From Mustelus asterias (lineage: Eukaryota), in NCBI RefSeq assembly GCF_964213995.1, contig NC_135827.1, positions 3,906,001 through 3,970,000 of the forward strand: DNA of 64,000 bases, written 5' to 3'. Position 1 is the first letter of the stretch. Every line of letters starts with the position of its first letter. A program made the position numbers and the translations under genes. Below the pieces are notes generated by a model that saw only the letters and a program-made list of their open reading frames with translations, ran no database searches and was not told where the DNA came from. This document shows, one piece after another, positions 62,460 through 64,000 of the stretch.

Positions 62460-64000
62460 CATCTTTTGCAGATGTTCTCCTTGATATCTTAGTCGATAAA
62501 TGTGCTGACTGGTGTGGCTCAGAAAGATGCAGATCAGGAAGTTGGACTAGCTTATTTCAACCAGAGTTTTGTGTGGATGTTTTGCCACTGTCCTATCTGT
62601 TTCTGGGTTAAGGGAAGGTATATTCATCCAAGATTCCCATTATTAATTATCATGTGAACACTCCTACTGGAAAGTATGTGTGGATGTCAGTTCAGGATAG
62701 GATCAGTTTCGCCTTTGCTATCCCCATCATTGACTAGCTTCAAACACTCATTACTGGGGTTTACAATTGAAGAACAGCCATTTGAGTGAGTAACAAAATC
62801 TCAGTTCATCTCAACTGGGCATTGAGCATGCCATTAGAAAAATGAAAGACTGAGGGAGGAGAAAAACAAAAAGACAGTGGGCAGTGAGGGAGGATGAGAA
62901 AGATGGAAATGCAAATTGAAGGGACAAGTAACTTTAAAAGTAAATAAGTGACACATGTAGTCCAAGAATAGGTTTGAAGTACCCAAAGATGATGTAAAAA
63001 TACTTGGAGGAGACTCAACTTTCAGTATGGCCAGCCAATGCTTTTCATTCATTTAAATTCTGATTTATTGCTAATTTCAACACACAATTCTAGGGTGCTT
63101 CTCAGTTTTTATTTTTAGCACCGAAAAACAAAAAAAAATCAGGGAGAGAAAAGTTGTACCTGAAACAATGAGAGAAAAAAATGAGAGAAAATCAGTATTA
63201 TAATGAACTGCATTATATCTAGAAGCGACTAACAAAGCATAGTAAAGGTAAGTGATGAATCACACTTCACAGACAGGGGGTTATGTCTGATGAGGATTGA
63301 GTGGGATCAAATCAGTTTTATATACCTTGCACAATTTCACTCTCTATTGATTGTTTCAGCACACGATCCAATTCACTGTGATCGAAGGCACAACAGATCC
63401 ATTCATCAACTTACAAAAACATTTTAAAAATAATTTACAGGATGTGGGCTTCTCTGGCTCGGCTGGCATCTATTGCCCATCCTTAATTGCCCCTTGAGAA
63501 GGTGATGGTGAGCTAACTTCCTGAATTGCTGCAGTCCCTGTGACGTAGGTGCTGTTAGAGAGGGAATTTCAGGATTTTGACCCAGCAACAGTGAAAGGAA
63601 TGGTGATATGTTTCCAAGTCAGAATGGTGAATGACTTGGAGGGGAACCTCCTGGTCCCAGTTCTACTAATTTTACTTTACATCTTTTTTGGGACTCTTGA
63701 TTGTAAAATGAATCAGGTATTTTATAACCATATCTATTATTTGAATATTGACCAGTTCCTTAATTGTTCCTGGGGATCTGATTCTCCATCTCACTTTTTC
63801 TTCTGATTAAAAACAGGCAATTTAATGACTGTGATTCTTATTTTTGAATCCCATTGCAAATATATTTTATTTGTTGTTTATGTATTTGGGAAATCTTTAT
63901 TCTTATTCCAAGCTGCTTCCTGGAATCTTCCATTCAATGTTGTTGTGACGTCATTACTATTTTAGCTTGCTTTAAATTGATCCAATTCCCGTCTGTGTTT

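Overview
Vertebrate nuclear DNA, most likely from a shark or other elasmobranch (inferred from the repeat content: HE1-like V-SINEs, CR1, DeuSINE and Penelope families). The only host gene I can support is the 3' half of the ETS transcription factor FLI1 on the + strand. It has five coding exons (9103-9171, 42210-42272, 45146-45205, 46260-46307, 58406-58935), all with canonical GT-AG boundaries and phase-1 junctions that join into one frame, and a ~1.4-kb 3' UTR. The PNT-domain exon and the 5' end were not found and probably lie upstream of the window. The rest is intron or intergenic sequence dominated by transposon fossils: CR1, L2, Rex1/Babar, RTE, Tx1, L1 ORF1, Penelope-like elements, several tRNA-derived SINE families and GC-rich TIR elements. 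The most notable observations are: (1) minimal hammerhead ribozymes in the Penelope terminal repeats; (2) three Penelope insertions with the same geometry (~12-bp TSD, inverted terminal copy, ~38-nt unpaired tail), two of which fold back at the predicted ribozyme cleavage site; (3) four miR-145 seed matches clustered in the FLI1 3' UTR; (4) a CpG-rich, repeat-poor candidate regulatory block in the 33-kb intron; (5) a 38-bp minisatellite array fragmented by LINE insertions. I cannot claim a wholly new system. Repeat boundaries are by-eye estimates and the family names need database confirmation.
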